Source: Verrucomicrobiia bacterium | GTDB taxonomy: Bacteria > Verrucomicrobiota > Verrucomicrobiia > Limisphaerales > UBA8199 | DNA length: 64,000 nucleotides | Direction: 5' to 3' | Assembly (NCBI GenBank): GCA_035946615.1 | Contig: DASYZB010000161.1 | Coordinates: 6,881 to 70,880 of the forward strand | Shown here: one piece after another, positions 63,264-64,000 of the stretch | Layout of the letters: each line of letters opens with the position of its first letter | Numbering within the stretch: the first letter of the stretch is position 1 | The notes under the pieces: generated by a model | The model's input: the letters and a program-made list of their open reading frames with translations, nothing else | Told to the model about the DNA's origin: nothing | Databases searched by the model: none | Position numbers and translations under genes: made by a program

Positions 63264-64000
63264 GGAAGTGCAGCGCCTTTGAACGGGTTCCCCCGGGACC
63301 GCGCCAGGGCTGGCATAGCGCCTTCAGCTGGGTCTGCCAATCTTTCGTGGACGCGCCCCTGGCGCCCGATGCTCAGGAGGATCCCAATCGATAAGAGCAT
63401 GATGGCCAGATTCGACCCCCCATAGCTGATGAATGGCAGCGGCAGGCCCTTATTGGGCAGCGCGCCGGTCACGACCCCAATATTGATAAATGCCTGCAGA
63501 CCTATTAAAAAAGCTACCCCGCAACCCAGCAACAAACCGAACGTGTCCGGGGCATGCCAGGCAATATAGACCCCACAACTAACCACAGTGACGAAGGCAA
63601 CAACCACCAGCAGAGTGGCGATTAATCCAAGTTCCTCGCCGATAATCGAGAAAATGAAATCCGTGTGGTGCTCCGGGAGGAACCCGAGCTTCTGGCGGCT
63701 GTCGCCCAGGCCCTTGCCCGTAATGCCGCCGCTGCCCAGAGCGACCATGGCTTCGTAGGCCTGCAGGCCCTTATCCCGCTTGGTCTCCTCGAGGTGCAAC
63801 CAGGAATAGATGCGCTCAGAGCGCATGGGGTTGTGATAGATAAAAAGCCCTACCGCCAGGGCGGCGGCCACGACTGGGGGCAGGAAATACTTAAGCCGGA
63901 TACCTGCTATCAGGAGGATGATTCCGCTTACGCAGGCTAACAGCAGCGCGTTGCCGACGTCGGGTTCTTTAAAGATCAGCCCCAAAACCAGGCCGATCAA
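63260..64000 (-). CDS. ftsW: SEDS-family peptidoglycan glycosyltransferase FtsW (C-terminal part; N-terminus outside window)
   Basis: LPEHHTDFIFSIIGEELG and GALPNKGLPLPFISYGGSNL. It sits immediately upstream of murG with a 4-nt overlap. Confidence 0.88.
   Translation of the reverse strand: MIGLVLGLIFKEPDVGNALLLACVSGIILLIAGIRLKYFLPPVVAAALAVGLFIYHNPMRSERIYSWLHLEETKRDKGLQAYEAMVALGSGGITGKGLGDSRQKLGFLPEHHTDFIFSIIGEELGLIATLLVVVAFVTVVSCGVYIAWHAPDTFGLLLGCGVAFLIGLQAFINIGVVTGALPNKGLPLPFISYGGSNLAIMLLSIGILLSIGRQGRVHERLADPAEGAMPALARSRGNPFKGAALP

Noticed and set aside
1-64000. Search for CRISPR arrays, tRNA/rRNA/tmRNA/RNase P/SRP RNA, transposases, integrases, phage genes, toxin-antitoxin pairs and reverse transcriptases.
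   Set aside because: No direct-repeat/spacer periodicity, no cloverleaf-like or conserved ncRNA strings (for example GAGGAAAGTCCGGGC) and no YADD/DDE/tyrosine-recombinase-like ORFs were seen by eye. Absence cannot be proven without tRNAscan/Infernal.

Overview
GC-rich bacterial chromosomal segment with about 56 protein-coding genes. I saw no rRNA, tRNA, CRISPR array, transposase, integrase or phage genes. The source is probably a PVC-superphylum organism, most likely Verrucomicrobiota. This rests on an [16 protein letters not shown]-type pseudopilin with a C-terminal ADGH motif and a complete ftsW-murG-murB-ddl-ftsQ-ftsA-ftsZ cluster; it is inference, since no search was possible.

Layout:
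- 1-548: 3' end of a RecQ-associated PRTase-like gene.
- 545-3368: lutABC.
- 3365-4852: two hypothetical genes.
- 4969-17253: a glycosyltransferase/methyltransferase locus. It includes a 1252-aa GT4-GT2-GT4 fusion, a TPR-CmcI-methyltransferase fusion, four further GT or MT genes and a ferredoxin.
- 17407-25406: recN, a PQQ dehydrogenase and an AddA/RecB-type helicase-nuclease.
- 25444-33107: central metabolism (two-subunit class I fumarase, aroQ, accBC, gltA, sucCD).
- 33129-36560: YggT-like membrane protein, EgtD-like methyltransferase, divergent DHPS-like protein and a DUF3185 protein.
- 36739-44936: ABC-F ATPase, PcrA/UvrD helicase, tandem hsp20 genes, tgt and a REC-MBL protein.
- 45108-47427: a coupled triad of membrane protein, pseudopilin and ABC ATPase.
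- 47505-56605: VOC protein, fumC, GumN/TraB protein, REC-histidine kinase, MFS transporter, udk-like kinase, a large polytopic membrane protein and a small secreted protein.
- 56770-64000: the dcw cluster.

Most of the window is housekeeping. The items I consider most worth a second look:
1. The methyl-glycan assembly locus, which lacks initiation and export genes.
2. Three families of structured interspersed repeats. Two copies sit inside the 5' ends of ORFs.
3. An FtsZ with altered GTP-binding and T7-loop motifs.
4. A DHPS-like protein that keeps pterin-pocket residues but has diverged substrate loops.
5. A coding-frame switch at a T4A6 tract near the window start.

All family assignments come from motif recognition by eye. 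No database search or computation was run.
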